In this document: positions 19,998 through 31,857 of the stretch, in pieces
How the letters are laid out: the number at the start of each line of letters is the position of its first letter
Position numbering within the stretch: the stretch's first letter is position 1
Assembly (NCBI GenBank): GCA_963821605.1
Contig: CAWGEZ010000012.1
Span: forward strand, 725-64,724
From: an uncultured delta proteobacterium
GTDB lineage: Bacteria > Desulfobacterota > Syntrophorhabdia > Syntrophorhabdales > WCHB1-27
DNA: 64,000 bases
Direction: 5' to 3'
Notes under the pieces: generated by a model
The model's input: only the letters and a program-made list of their open reading frames with translations
Told to the model about the DNA's origin: nothing
Database searches by the model: none
Program-made: the position numbers and the translations under genes

Positions 19998-21526
19998 TTA
20001 TGTCCTTTCCTGCCTTCGTCTTATGAAGGCGAGGTAGTAGCTCTTAAAAAAGAGGCCATACACAGCCACGGTAGTGAAGCATCCCAGGCCGAAGAATGCG
20101 TACGGTTTTGCAGCCAAGACTTTGCGCAGACCCAGCAGCAGAAGGGCAACAATAGCTCCGGCGATGAGAGATCGTACGATCTCCTCTTTTGTTTTCCGGG
20201 ACGGCTGATAGAGCGTCTTTCTCTTGTAAAGCATATAGAGCACGGAAAAATTGTAGAAAGAGACGATCGACGTAGCAAGGGCCACCCCCATATTTCCGAG
20301 AGGCACCATGAGAAGGTAAGCCAGTATCGCGTTCAGTCCGATAGAAGTGAGGCCGACGCAGGGCCGGAGTTTTCATGTCGTGGCGTGCGTTAAAGATGCG
20401 AACGAACGAAATGGACAAAGCGTAAAAAATGAGTCCGAGGCTATACCCCGAGAGTGCGCGATACGTCATCAGCGTATCTTTTGCCGTGAACGCACCCCGT
20501 TGATAGAGCAGCCTTATGACGACGTCGCCGGCAACGCAAAGAAAGATTGTCGACGGAATGAGCGTGATGCACACAAGCACCAGGGAGCTATCTACATGCG
20601 CGTTTATTCCCTTCCAGTCCTCCTCATGGAAGAGCCTTGAGAGCTTAGAGAAGAGCACGGTGTAAGTAGGAACTGCAAAGAGACTGAAGGGAAGGATAAA
20701 GATGCGGAATGCATAGGCGAGCGAGGCAACTTCGCCCGCCGGCAAAAAGGAGGCTAGGATCCTGCCGACAAAGCTGTTGATTGGAACGACGGAAGTCGCG
20801 ATGAGCGCGCCGGTGAATAGTCTCTTTGCCTCGTTGAGGGAAGGATGACCAAGGGGAAGCCTCATCTCGTAGCGAATGCCAAGGCGTCGCAAGTAGGGTA
20901 TCTGCAGGATCACCTGCGCGACGGCGCCCAGTGTGACGCCTACGGCAAGACTGTAAATCCCGATGGTGCCGCTGATCGTAAGGGCGGCAAGGATAAAGAT
21001 TACGTTCCAAATGATACCGGATAGCTCGGGCGCGGCAAAGTGCTCCCTGGCGTTGAGAAAGGCTTTCATGACGGAAAGCATCGCATGAAGCGGAATAACC
21101 GGAATCATGATGATAAAAAGATAGCGTGCGACATACCTGCCTTCTGTAGTAAAGCCCGGGGCGATGAGCTGCATGACCGGCCCACTGGCCGCGAGAAGAA
21201 TGATCGATATCATGGCTGTGACGATGATCGCTACATTCATGAAAAGAGAATATACTCTCGATAACTCCTCACGATCCTCCAGATATCTGGAACAGACGGG
21301 GATGAGAAAGGCACTGGTCGCTCCGGAGAAGAAGAGGGTCTGTATCATTTCCGGGAAGTTGAAGGAAATGACGAATGCATCAACAAGAAGCGTTGCCCCG
21401 AAGAGGTACGCCTGGACCGCCTCCCTCACGTAGCCAAGCGGCCTGCTGACCAGGGTGATACCGGTAATAACAGAACCTTTGCGAATGAGGTAGTCAGCGG
21501 ACGATTGTTTCAGAAGTCTTCTCCAT
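19998..21526 (-). CDS. murJ: Lipid II flippase MurJ (frameshifts near both ends)
   Basis: SRPLGYVREAVQAYLFGA, DAFVISFNFP, FNARHDMKTP. Confidence 0.9.
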
Positions 21527-21657
21527 AGCAGAGACGTTACGAGTTACAGGCTGAAATACGTTACAAGTTACAAGCCAAATACGTTACAAGTCATGCTGGA
21601 GGTACATGCCGGAGGCCAAGACTCTGACTTGCAACTTGCAGCCTTTAACTGTTTTGG

Positions 21658-22581
21658 TCAACTTGTAACATGTAACTTGTAACAGCTAACGGCCCGGCGG
21701 GCCGTTAAATCGGTTTCTCTCTCAATATTGCTTCTCTTAACAACCCTCTGGAGCTTGATGATGGCTTTCCGCTCTATCTGACGTATGCGCTCCCGCGTCA
21801 CGCCAAAGAGCTTTCCGATCGATTCCAGAGTTTGTGGCTCTGCTCCGTCGAGTCCGTATCTCAAAATGATCACCCTTTTCTCATCGTCACGCAACGTATC
21901 GAGCCAGGAGGCTATGTATTCGATCCTCTTTGTTTGCTCGAAGGTAGATAATGGTTCATCAACGCTGAGGTCGGGCAGAAAATCCTCCATAGTCAGGTCT
22001 CCTTCCTCGTCAAGGAGAGTGTCAATGGAATGTGTTCTTGTTACGATGAACATGAGGTTTCGTATGAAACTGACCGGGATGTCCGTGTCATGCCCAAGCT
22101 CTTCCTGGGTTGGCTCTCTACCCTCCCTCTCGATGTAATCATGCATGACCTTCGATATCTTACGCATACGAGCGGAAACGTGTACCGGCAGCCTGACTAT
22201 GCGTGAATAATTGAGAAGAGCACGCTCGATCGACTGCTTAATCCACCATGTCGCGTAGGTCGAGAATCGGCAATTTCTTGAAAGGTCGAATTTTTCAACC
22301 GCACGAATCAGGCCTATATTGCCCTCTTCTATGAGATCGAGCACCGAGACTCCGGCAGTTGTATATTTCCTTGCAATCTTAACTACCAACCTGAGGTTCG
22401 ACTCGATCATCTTCCGACGGGCATCACGGTCTCCTCGCGAGATTCTCTCTGCTAGATCCTTTTCCTCCTCCTCGCTCATCGTGGATAACTTGCGCAAGTC
22501 TCTGAGGTAGAGTTTTTCGGCTTCAAATTCTTCAAACTCAAAGTATTCCACCGGCTCTTTTTCTTCGATCAATCTTTCCAC
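21658..22581 (-). CDS. RpoS-like sigma70-family factor
   Basis: [36 protein letters not shown]; directly downstream of pcm. Confidence 0.9.
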   Translation of the reverse strand: MERLIEEKEPVEYFEFEEFEAEKLYLRDLRKLSTMSEEEEKDLAERISRGDRDARRKMIESNLRLVVKIARKYTTAGVSVLDLIEEGNIGLIRAVEKFDLSRNCRFSTYATWWIKQSIERALLNYSRIVRLPVHVSARMRKISKVMHDYIEREGREPTQEELGHDTDIPVSFIRNLMFIVTRTHSIDTLLDEEGDLTMEDFLPDLSVDEPLSTFEQTKRIEYIASWLDTLRDDEKRVIILRYGLDGAEPQTLESIGKLFGVTRERIRQIERKAIIKLQRVVKRSNIERETDLTARRAVSCYKLHVTS

Positions 22582-23219
22582 CCGTGCGCCCCTATCAGCT
22601 TGACAAACCTGACCCCACCGTAGTTTTCCTCACGGTATCTGTCCTCGCCTTCCTTTACGTAGACCACGAGATCCTGTTGAAATTCATCGCCAATAGGGAT
22701 TACCAACCGGCCCCCCGTTGCAAGTTGCTGGAGCAAGGGATCAGGGGCCTCCGGTGCGGCTGCGGTGACGATTATGCCATCATACGGGCTATATTCCTTC
22801 CATCCTTGCGTTCCGTCGCCGATGTTTACTATCACGTTCGAGTACTTCAGCTCGTCGAGGAGTTTGCGCGCCCTTTTCGCCAGTGAAGGAATCCGTTCTA
22901 TCGAGTAGACTTGCTCTGCCAGTTTTGCCAGTATCGCTGTCTGGTAACCTGAGCCGGTCCCTATTTCGAGGACCTTTTCATGTCCCGTGAGGTGCAGCGC
23001 TTCCGTCATGAGCGCAACGATATAGGGTTGTGATATCGTCTGCTTCTCGCCGATGGGCAATGGATGATCCTCGTACGCTTGAGGCCACAAGGCTTCATCC
23101 AGAAAGAGGTGGCGTGGAACCTTCCGGAAGGCTTCAAGCAGCCGGCGGTCTTTCACGCCGCGGTCCCTGATTTGAGTCTCCACCATCTGCAGCCGTTTGC
23201 TTTCGTGCTCATTCTGCAT
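22569..23219 (-). CDS. pcm: Protein-L-isoaspartate O-methyltransferase
   Basis: [21 protein letters not shown]. Confidence 0.96.
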   Translation of the reverse strand: MQNEHESKRLQMVETQIRDRGVKDRRLLEAFRKVPRHLFLDEALWPQAYEDHPLPIGEKQTISQPYIVALMTEALHLTGHEKVLEIGTGSGYQTAILAKLAEQVYSIERIPSLAKRARKLLDELKYSNVIVNIGDGTQGWKEYSPYDGIIVTAAAPEAPDPLLQQLATGGRLVIPIGDEFQQDLVVYVKEGEDRYREENYGGVRFVKLIGAHGWKD

Positions 23220-24020
23220 CAAGCCGACAGCTCCTTGGCCCGGTTTCGCGCCTGCTCTATTGCCTTGATGAGATTACCCTTGAATCCTTTTTCCTCGAGG
23301 TGCGTGAGGCCGGCAATGGTTGTGCCTCCGGGGGACGTAACCATCTCTTTCAATACCGTAGGGTGGAGGTTCTCTGCCTCCAGTGTTGCGATGGTGCCTT
23401 TTATGGTCTGTATGGCAGAGGATGCTTGCCTTGTCTCTGGGCAGGCCTACGTTTACACCGGCATCGATCATCGCTTCGAGAAAACAGAGGAGAAATGCAG
23501 GCCCACTCCCGCTCAGTGCCGTAACGGCATCCATCAAGTCTTCCCGCACCTCAACAATACGGCCGAGAGGCGCAAGCATCTTTTTCGTCTCGTCCAGCTC
23601 TCCCTCCAGTACGAGGTCGTTTGAACTCATGCCCAGGGCCCCTTCAGCGACTTTGACACAAATATTGGGCATGACCCTGATGACCTTGACCGGCCGTTGC
23701 ATCATCGACAGGATGGTTGACGTGGTCGTGCCGGCCATTATGGAGATTACCACTTTGTCCTTATCGAGTGCGGGCGCAATGGTGCCCAGGAGCGCCTTTG
23801 CGTCCTGGGGCTTCACGGCGATCAGTATGTATTTTGCCTTCTGCGCCAGGTCTTTAGCGCTTGCAGCAATGCTGATGCGATACTGTTTTGCCATGGCCTC
23901 AACACGGTCTTTCTTAAGTTCGAATGCGAGAAGATTCTTGCGATCGAATCCCGACCTCAGAAGTGCACCCACGATTGCCTCGCCCATATTTCCCAACCCA
24001 AGTATACCCAGTCGCGCCAT
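23219..24020 (-). CDS. proC: Pyrroline-5-carboxylate reductase (frameshift near 23420)
   Basis: [33 protein letters not shown]. Confidence 0.93.
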
Positions 24021-24083
24021 AGTCTTCTCCTTTCTCTCTTATATCAAATGGGCCGAGTAATTTAAAGTGAAATCTGAATTCCT

Positions 24084-24234
24084 AGGGGCTGCGTCAAACG
24101 TCCATCTGCTTTGTCGCCCTTCGCCGTCTCTCACTTCGACGTACCCCAAGGTACGCCTGCGTTCGCGCCTGCTCGGAGCTTCGCCGGGTACCCATGGGTC
24201 CTTGCATGGGTGGTGGAGCTTTTTACTTGCCCCT
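24084..24234. repeat. Family B-related element
   Basis: AGGGGC...GCCCCT ends; CGACGTAC-n5-GTACGCC core. Confidence 0.55.
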
Positions 24235-24286
24235 TGTAGGTCGCCTGCAGGATTGGCTGATTTCCCTCAACGTCGCTCAACTGACT

Positions 24287-24953
24287 CTACCCGATGATAC
24301 GCAGTTTCTGTTTTTTGGGTTGTTGACGGAGGAGGATGTTTGTTGCTCCCGGGCCGCCGTCTCGCATGTTCGAGCTTGCGAACGCAATAACCCACTTGCG
24401 GTGCATTGCCCGGAGTATCCATTCTTTGAGTCTTCCTTTCAAGACAGGCTCATGTTTCGATTTCAGTCCCCGACCGTGAATGATTTTGACACACCGAATG
24501 TTCGACCGGACGGCATCTTTGATGAAGCTCTGAAACATCTCGAAAGCTTCATCCGCTCGGAACCCATGGAGGTCAAGCACCCTCTGGACTGAGTACTCAC
24601 CTTCTCTCAGCTTTTGCATCGTGACGGGGTTGGTAGTCCTCGACGCAGCCCTCCATGTACTCGGGCAGGTTTGTAACGTTGAGCCGGTATTCTTCGCTCA
24701 GGGCCTCTGCGAGTTTTCTCTCTTCTCCGTGCTCGTCCGTAACGGCTTTTTGCTCCAACCTGATCTGGCCGACCCTCTGCTTATCCTGCTCTATCTTCTG
24801 TATATCTCTCATCGCCTCATCGAACGCAGAGCGCTCGTCCGCGAGTCCCTCCTTAGGGGCTTGCTTGAGCCCATCCCTGAGCGGTATACGGCGATCTTTC
24901 ACGAAATCTGAAAGGTCCCCCAGCAGCTGGTAGATAGAATCCTCGTCCGCCAT
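24287..24953 (-). CDS. Smr domain protein (frameshift near 24630)
   Basis: LDLHG, IIHGRG, GGPGAT. Confidence 0.9.
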
Positions 24954-24996
24954 TTGTTTATAAGTTTAAACCTATGCGCGCTGCCATTCAACCGAT

Positions 24997-25221
24997 GGGG
25001 CTCGCGTCGCCCCCTCCACTGGCAAAGCCAGAGGAGCCTCCCCCTCTCGCTCGCCGTGCTCGCTAGGATGGATTTCCACGGACAGGTCCGCGTCAATCCA
25101 TCACTGGGGCTCGCGTCGCCCCTCCGCGGCGTAGCCCCACCCGCAAGCGGGTACCCGGCCTCGCCCCTCTCACTCGCCGTGCTCGCTAGATACTTCCACT
25201 AATGTCCCAGTGGAAGTATCT
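24997..25221 (-). repeat. Family A, two tandem copies in reverse orientation
   Basis: GGGGCTCGCGTCGCCCC...CTCGCCGTGCTCGCTAG at 24997-25066 and 25106-25188, each with an adjoining hairpin. Confidence 0.85.
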
Positions 25222-25298
25222 CAATGGTGGCTCACCGGGAGCCACGGCGACCTGGCCTTCACTTTGACAAACGGGTTAGCCTATACTAGAGTAACTCA

Positions 25299-25733
25299 AT
25301 GGATTGGCTCAAATACCTGATCGACTACGGGATCACCGGTTTCCTTGTGCTGCTTTCTCTGGTCGCGCTCGCAATCTTTGTAGAGCGGTACCTGTTCATG
25401 AAAAAAGTCAGGTTGGATGAGTACGCGGGCAGGAAGACGCTGGAAATAGAACTGACGAAGAGTCTCACGATCCTTGCAACAATAGGCGGAAACGCACCCT
25501 ACATAGGACTTCTCGGAACCGTGCTCGGGATTATGCTCACCTTTTACACAATCGGGGTTGAAGGATACGTTGATCCTACCAAGATCATGGTCGGTCTTGC
25601 TCTGGCACTCAAGGCCACTGCAGTGGGCCTCCTGGTCGCGATACCATCGATCGCCTTTTACAACTTTCTCCTGAGGCGGGTGAAAGTCCTCCTTGCGGAA
25701 TGGGACATAAGGAATGGAAGAGAAAGAGTTTGA
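25299..25733 (+). CDS. exbB: ExbB proton channel
   Basis: NAPYIGLLGTVLGIM, ALKATAVGL. Confidence 0.93.
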   Translation: MDWLKYLIDYGITGFLVLLSLVALAIFVERYLFMKKVRLDEYAGRKTLEIELTKSLTILATIGGNAPYIGLLGTVLGIMLTFYTIGVEGYVDPTKIMVGLALALKATAVGLLVAIPSIAFYNFLLRRVKVLLAEWDIRNGRERV

Positions 25734-26094
25734 TTACATCAACATGATCCCCCTGATTGATGTGATGCTCGTTCTTCTCACCATTGTGCTGATGACGAGT
25801 ACTTTCATCATGGGAGGCATGATCCGTGTGGAGCTTCCCAGGGTGACCGGGGAGCAGGAAGCGGTCGCGAGGACTCGATCCGTGGAGATGGATCAGGCGG
25901 GCAGGCTTTACTACGACGGTCTTTCGGTAAGCTTTGAGGAGTTCAAAGATCGCTTGAAAAACGTATCGAGGGATGTGCCTTTTCTCATTCGTGCTGACAA
26001 ACGCGTACCACTCCAGTACTTCGTCGAGGTACTCGGCACGGTGAAGAGCATGGGATTCAAACGCGTGAGCGTGCAGACCGAGAGGGCGCGCTGA
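25714..26094 (+). CDS. exbD: ExbD
   Basis: INMIPLIDVMLVLL, IRADK. Confidence 0.93.
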   Translation: MEEKEFDYINMIPLIDVMLVLLTIVLMTSTFIMGGMIRVELPRVTGEQEAVARTRSVEMDQAGRLYYDGLSVSFEEFKDRLKNVSRDVPFLIRADKRVPLQYFVEVLGTVKSMGFKRVSVQTERAR

Positions 26095-26111
26095 TGAGAG
26101 GATTCTCAAGG

Positions 26112-26262
26112 ACCAATTTGCATTCAGGTGGACGACCCAGCCTTCGGCCGGGTACCCCGGGCGGCAGCGAGGAGCGCGATAGCGTAGCATCCTGTAAGGA
26201 TAGCGCAGCACCCTGTAAGGGCGCAGCGACAACGAAGGTATGCGCATGAAGGCGAATTGGTA
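26112..26262. mobile_element. MITE-like family B, copy 2, overlapping the tonB start
   Basis: ACCAATTTGCATTCA...TGAAGGCGAATTGGTA. Confidence 0.8.
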
Positions 26263-27035
26263 CAAGGGGCTTCTCGTCTCAATCCTTGTGCACGGGCTGG
26301 TTGGTGCAGCCGTCTATGCCATCCCCATGGACAAGCTTTCAAGGCCGGAGATGATTTCCGTAGATTTCACGTTGGATGATCAAGGACAATTGCCTGAAGT
26401 ACTTCAGGGTCCGGGGCCCGCCCCGGGGCGCAGGACCGTTGCAAAGGCAAAGACCGATGGGATTATCCCGGGTCCTACGGTGAAACAAGGGCAGCAGGGC
26501 CGCACGGAGACAGATGTTCGCACCGTGGAGAGAGAGACCAGTCGGATAGCTCCGGCTGCAGACCCTTCGGAAAGCGAGCATCCTTTCGCAGCACCGTCCG
26601 ATCACCTCCGGGAAGCGCCAGGATCCTTTTCCTCCCCTGACGGTGCTCCTGTTGCGGGTACGCCCGGCAGCGGTTATCCGCAGGGGGGCGCAGGGGGCAC
26701 GAGCGTAGCGAGCGTTAGTCGCTCGGGTGGGCCGGGCGCGTCAGGGGATACTGCCTGGCGGCGGACAGGGTGGCATCCTCCGGGAGATTCGAGACAGCAT
26801 CATGAAAAATGTGATTTACCCTGACAGGGCTCGGCGCATGGGCTGGGAGGGAAGGGTCATCGTCTCGTTCACGGTTTACGAGGACGGCTCCATTCGCGAT
26901 GCCCGCATCGTGCAGAGTTCGGGTACTCTGGTCCTGGACGACGCCGCGAAAGAGGCACTCAGGAAATCTACCATACGGACGCAGTTTGCGAAAAGGGTCC
27001 AGGTGGTGCTCCCTATTGAATATAAACTGAAGTAG
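26240..27035 (+). CDS. tonB: TonB (frameshift near 26750)
   Basis: TM with SxxxH; YPDRARRMGWEGRV; SSGTLVLDDAA. Confidence 0.88.
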
Positions 27036-27056
27036 GTCTGTTAAGAGGTTCTCTAT

Positions 27057-27836
27057 ATGGCTTTCATGCGGGAAAACGATCTCATCCTCATCGTATACCA
27101 GGGGAACAGGTACCTGAAAAAGCTGGAGCCGAAGAAGAATTTCCACGGCAAAGGGGGTACTCTTGATTTCTCGTCCTTGGTCGGTCTTCCCTACGGGATC
27201 AGGCAAGGACACTATGAGGTGTTCGAGCCCACGGTCGAGGACGTCATCATGTACGGTCTGCGCAGGGAGACCCAGATCGTCTATCCGAAAGACGCCTGCT
27301 ATATCTGTTTCAAGCTGAGCCTGAAACACGGCGACAGGGTGATCGAGGTGGGTACAGGGAGTGGCGCTTTGACCGTGCTATTCTCGCGTGCGGTCGGGTC
27401 GTCGGGCAAGGTGGTTTCCTTCGAGAAGGAGGAGAGGCACTACAAGAATGCCCGGAAGAACGTAGAAAGGTTTGCAGACGCATGCAACATCGATCTGAGA
27501 TTCGCCGACGTATCGCAGCACGAGAGCGCTGAATTCGATGCGGCCTTTATAGATGTCCGCGAGCCGTGGTCTGTCCTCGAGAAGGTTTGGGCGTCTCTCA
27601 GGGCGAGTGGAAGCCTTGGCATCATCGTGCCGACGACAAACCAGGTATCAGAAACGTTGCGTGCCCTGCAGCCGCTCTTTGGAGACGTGGAAGTATTGGA
27701 GATCCTTCTCAGGAAGTACAAGACCGTGGCGGACCGGCTGCGACCCGATGATCGCATGGTCGCCCATACCGGGTATCTCATCTTCGGCCGAAAAGTGACA
27801 GAAAACGTGCCGTCCCCTTTGCAGATTACTGGTTGA
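27057..27836 (+). CDS. trmI: tRNA (adenine-N1)-methyltransferase
   Basis: TQIVYPKD, EVGTGSGALT, MVAHTGYL. Confidence 0.92.
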   Translation: MAFMRENDLILIVYQGNRYLKKLEPKKNFHGKGGTLDFSSLVGLPYGIRQGHYEVFEPTVEDVIMYGLRRETQIVYPKDACYICFKLSLKHGDRVIEVGTGSGALTVLFSRAVGSSGKVVSFEKEERHYKNARKNVERFADACNIDLRFADVSQHESAEFDAAFIDVREPWSVLEKVWASLRASGSLGIIVPTTNQVSETLRALQPLFGDVEVLEILLRKYKTVADRLRPDDRMVAHTGYLIFGRKVTENVPSPLQITG

Positions 27837-27848
27837 CTCAGCAACGAC

Positions 27849-27887
27849 GACATTAGTCCCTGTTGGGCCTGTGACCAGAAGATCATT
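27849..27887. repeat. 39-bp perfect direct repeat of the glycerate kinase 3' end (other copy 31888-31926)
   Basis: GACATTAGTCCCTGTTGGGCCTGTGACCAGAAGATCATT at both positions. Confidence 0.95.
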
Positions 27888-28137
27888 TGTCTCTTGAAAG
27901 AGGGCATAATCGAGTTAGAATCTTGACTGACCGGTCAACCGTTCTTGTTCGCCCAGGCTCCGAGCTTGTTTCCCGCGCTCGGTCGCTCTTGACAGAGTCC
28001 GACAGCGGAGATAGGTTTACCAGAGAAAGCGACCCAGGTTGCATACGTTATATAAGTCGGGATATACACCACAAAAAGCTAATGACGCGCATGAGGGCTG
28101 AGCTTCGAATGTCCGCAGGAGAGAGTCCGAGACGTCG

Positions 28138-31100
28138 ATGAGAAAATATATAAAGCCGATTCTCTGGATTGCAGCAGCTTTGGGTGCGGTTCTGGCCCTT
28201 CTTGTCATCCTGCTTCTTCTCGCACCCGTTCTCGTCAACCTTGAACCCGTTAAGCAGAAAATTGTCACCGAGTTCTCACAGGCAATAGGAGGTAGGTTGG
28301 AAGTCCAGAGGATCGATACGCATTTTTTTCCGCGCCCTTCCATTCTACTCCGGGGAGGAAGTATATCGGTTCCGGAAAAGACCTCAGGAACGTTCGATTC
28401 TTTGTCAATCTACCCGGAGATCAGCATGCTTCTCCGGGGAAGAGTTCGGATTGCGCGGCTTACCCTTGAGAGTCCTGACTTCCAGGTGAGCCTGCCGGAC
28501 GATCTTGGGAAGATGGAAGGGCTGCAGCAATTCTCATTGAAGGCGATTGACGATGGGTTGGCATCTATTGTAGCGAAGGTCGCATCCCAGGCGCCCGGCC
28601 TTGTTGTCTCAATTAAAAAAGGAAGCCTCACCCTCCTCAGGCAGAAGAAGTCTGCTTTCTGGTTCCGTGACATCGATACCCATGTCACTCTCGCCGGAAA
28701 ACGACTCGGGGTTGAAATTAGCTGCAACTCGAGCGTCTGGAAGCACGCCTCTCTCGCCGGATGGCTGATGCCCGGTGACTTTCAGGCTGAAGGGCGCCTC
28801 CAATTGACTCAACTCAGGCCCGATTTGATTGTCCAAAACCTTTTTCCACTCATAGAGCCTCGTATTGAAGACTCACAGGTAAACCTGGACCTCAGCTTTG
28901 GGGCGGATGGAGTGAAGTCTTCTCACGCCGAGTTCCAGAGTGACGTGCCCAGCGCAACCTTGCGAAAGGATCAGCAAACCCTGACCCTGAAAGAAGTGAG
29001 CCTGAAAGGGACGTTCCGCCAGGATGGAGACAAGACCATAACTTCCCTCACTGAACTGAATAGCGTTTACCCTCAACTGACGATGTCAGGCAACCTGAGT
29101 TCCGACCCGGCTTCTTCTCAGGCCAGCCTGGAACTCCATGCAAGCGCAGTGGACGTGGAGTCGGTGCGGAGAACGGGTCTGTTCTTGGCCGGCCGACTAT
29201 CGTTTGTGCAGTCAATCCTTGAAATCCTGAGAAAAGGCAGAGTGCCGGAGATGAGCCTCACGTCTCGTGGAAGCTCGATTCGTGATCTGGCAACGCTGGA
29301 AAATATTCGTATTCAAGGCAGCATCACCGGGGGAAACATTTTTATTGCCGAGCCGCGCCTCGATATAGAAGACGTCAAAGGAGATGCGGTGATTGCACGC
29401 GGCATCATCGAAGGGAGAAATCTCGAGGCCCGGCTCGACACTGCGAAAGGGACGAAGGGGCTTTTTCGAGTGGACTTAAAGGGCGAACCAGAGCCAATTC
29501 ATCTTGATATCTCTATCGATGCTGACGTGGCAAAGCTCCCTCTCTTCCTTAGAAACGTGGTGCAAGACGAGGCATTCCTGAGGGAGCTTGATTTGATTAA
29601 AGAGTTGCGGGGAGACGCGTCGGGAAGACTGGTCCTGGATCGACGCGCAAGCGGAACCCAGGTAACCGTCGACGTCAAAGCGTTTACTCTTCATGCTCTT
29701 TATCAAAGGGTTCCCTATCCCCTGGAGATACGTGGGAAGTTCCTGTACGATCAGCCCACGGCAAAAATTGTGGTAGGGGATGTGTCGGGGAAGGCGGGAA
29801 ACTCCTCTTTTTCTCAGTTTTCCGGTCAACTGGGCCTTGAAAAGGAACCCTACCTGGGAGTCACCTCCGGTGCAGGCGCAATTGTGCTTGATGAGATCTA
29901 CCCCTGGCTTTTGTCGGTTGAATCGATGAGGGCTGTTCTTGAGGGGGTTGGCTCTGCGAAGGGTATTCTCAAACTCGACGCCTTGCAGGTAAAAGGTCCG
30001 CTCTCTCAACCGAGAAGCTGGCAGTTTCAGGTAAAAGGGCATGTCCAGAATGTGGCAGTGACCTCGCCGCGACTCCCGGTACCGGTCGAACTAAAGGGAG
30101 GCAATTTCGAAGCCGGACCGGAGCAGCTTTCTCTTTCCCATATCGAGACCACCTTCCAGGATTCGTCAGTGACGATTTCAGGCACCCTGAACCATTATCT
30201 CGAAGAGCTTGACCGGGCAGATCTGTCGTTACAGGGAGAGATCGGAAAAGAGTCCACTGTGCGAATATCTGATCTCATTAATCTACCGCACGAGTTCAGA
30301 ATCCGTTCACCCTTCTCTTCGTCTCGGGCGCACCTACTCTGGGAGAAGAGCGGCAAGATATCGTTGTCGGGGGATTGGGTAGTGAAACATGGCCCTGAAA
30401 TCTCTATTGATGCTTTATCTGAGCGCGGGGACCTGGTGATTAAGCATCTGGGCATCCGGGACGCGAAATCGGACGCTTCCTTATCGTTCCATTTGAAGGG
30501 AAGGGTGTTGGATATTACCTTTAACGGAACCCTGACCGGGGCGACCTTGGACGCACTCTTGGAAAGAAACGAATTTATTACGGGTTGGATAAAGGGGAAT
30601 CTGTCGACTCACATCGCTCTTGATCAACCATTTGACTCCGTGGCTCGGGGAGCGCTTCAGGGAGCTGATCTGAGTTATCCCTGGACTGCTGAAGGTCCGG
30701 TGCAGATCGACACGTTCTCTCTTAATGCGCAGGATAACCTCTTCACGGTAAATTCGAACCTCGTTGTCGCGGGGCACAGCCTGAGAACAAAAGGAAAGGT
30801 AGATTTCCTGCTTGATGGATTTGTCTTCGATGTGGATCTTTTCATGAATGGGTTGGATCTGGACCACGTAATGGCTAAAGTGCCCCGCCAAAAAGGAGGT
30901 GAGGCTTTCTGGGGCCTGCCTCTAAGAGGGCTTCTAAAAGTCGAGTCGGAGTACGTGAAGTACGGCCGGTTCACGTGGCGTCCCGTGCACGCGAACATTA
31001 TCGTTGATCCTGAAAAGATAAGCATAGGAATCACGCAGGCCAACCTTTGCGCGATCGACACCCTGGGCGTTCTGGAGATTTCCCCGAACGGACTGGAACT

Positions 31101-31750
31101 TCGCATTAAGCCGAGGGCAAAGGACCAGGACCTGCGCGAGACGCTCATCTGCTTATCGGACATTGGAGGTATCAGTGGCCGTTTTTCCTTCAATGGGGAC
31201 GCGTCCGGGAAAGGAGAAGCTGAAGCATTGGCCCGCTTGCTCAAGGGCACCATGGAATTCGAGGCTAAGAACGGCCGTTACGATCGATACGGGCTCCTGG
31301 CAAAAATCTTCGAGGTGCTTAGCCCTACGGGACTTCTTCGGGTCCCTGACCTGAGAAAGGAAGGATTTCCGTACTATACGATAAAAGCCAGTGGAAACTT
31401 GCAGGACGGCAAGATCGCCATTAGAGAGGCGCTTGTGGACGCTCCTTCCACGGATCTCGTGTTCAACGGAGAGATAGATCTGATCGACAAAAAGATCGAT
31501 GGGGTGGTTCTTGGTTGTCCCGTTCAGAACCATAGACCGGATTATCAACTTCATTCCTTTGGTCCGCTATGTCATGGCTGGAAGACTCGTTGCCATTCCG
31601 GTCAGGCTTTCCGGCGATCTCGATGACCCGAAGGTGACCCCTTTTTCTCCTTCAGCAGTAGGCGCCGGTCTGCTGGATACGGTGAAGAGATTTTTCGGCC
31701 TCCCCTTCCATGTCATACAGCCTCTACTCCCGCGTGAATCACAAGACTGA
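28138..31750 (+). CDS. AsmA-like envelope protein (frameshift near 31510)
   Basis: N-terminal TM anchor, long beta-rich body, AsmA-like C-terminus (VRLSGDLDDPKV). Confidence 0.8.
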
Positions 31751-31857
31751 CACCAAGTTGCCTTCATTCTTAGACCCGGGTACGCTCGGCTGAGTCGTAT
31801 TTTTGAATGTAACCTGGTATGAATCGTCAATTAGGAATCGATCAAGACAAATTGGTA

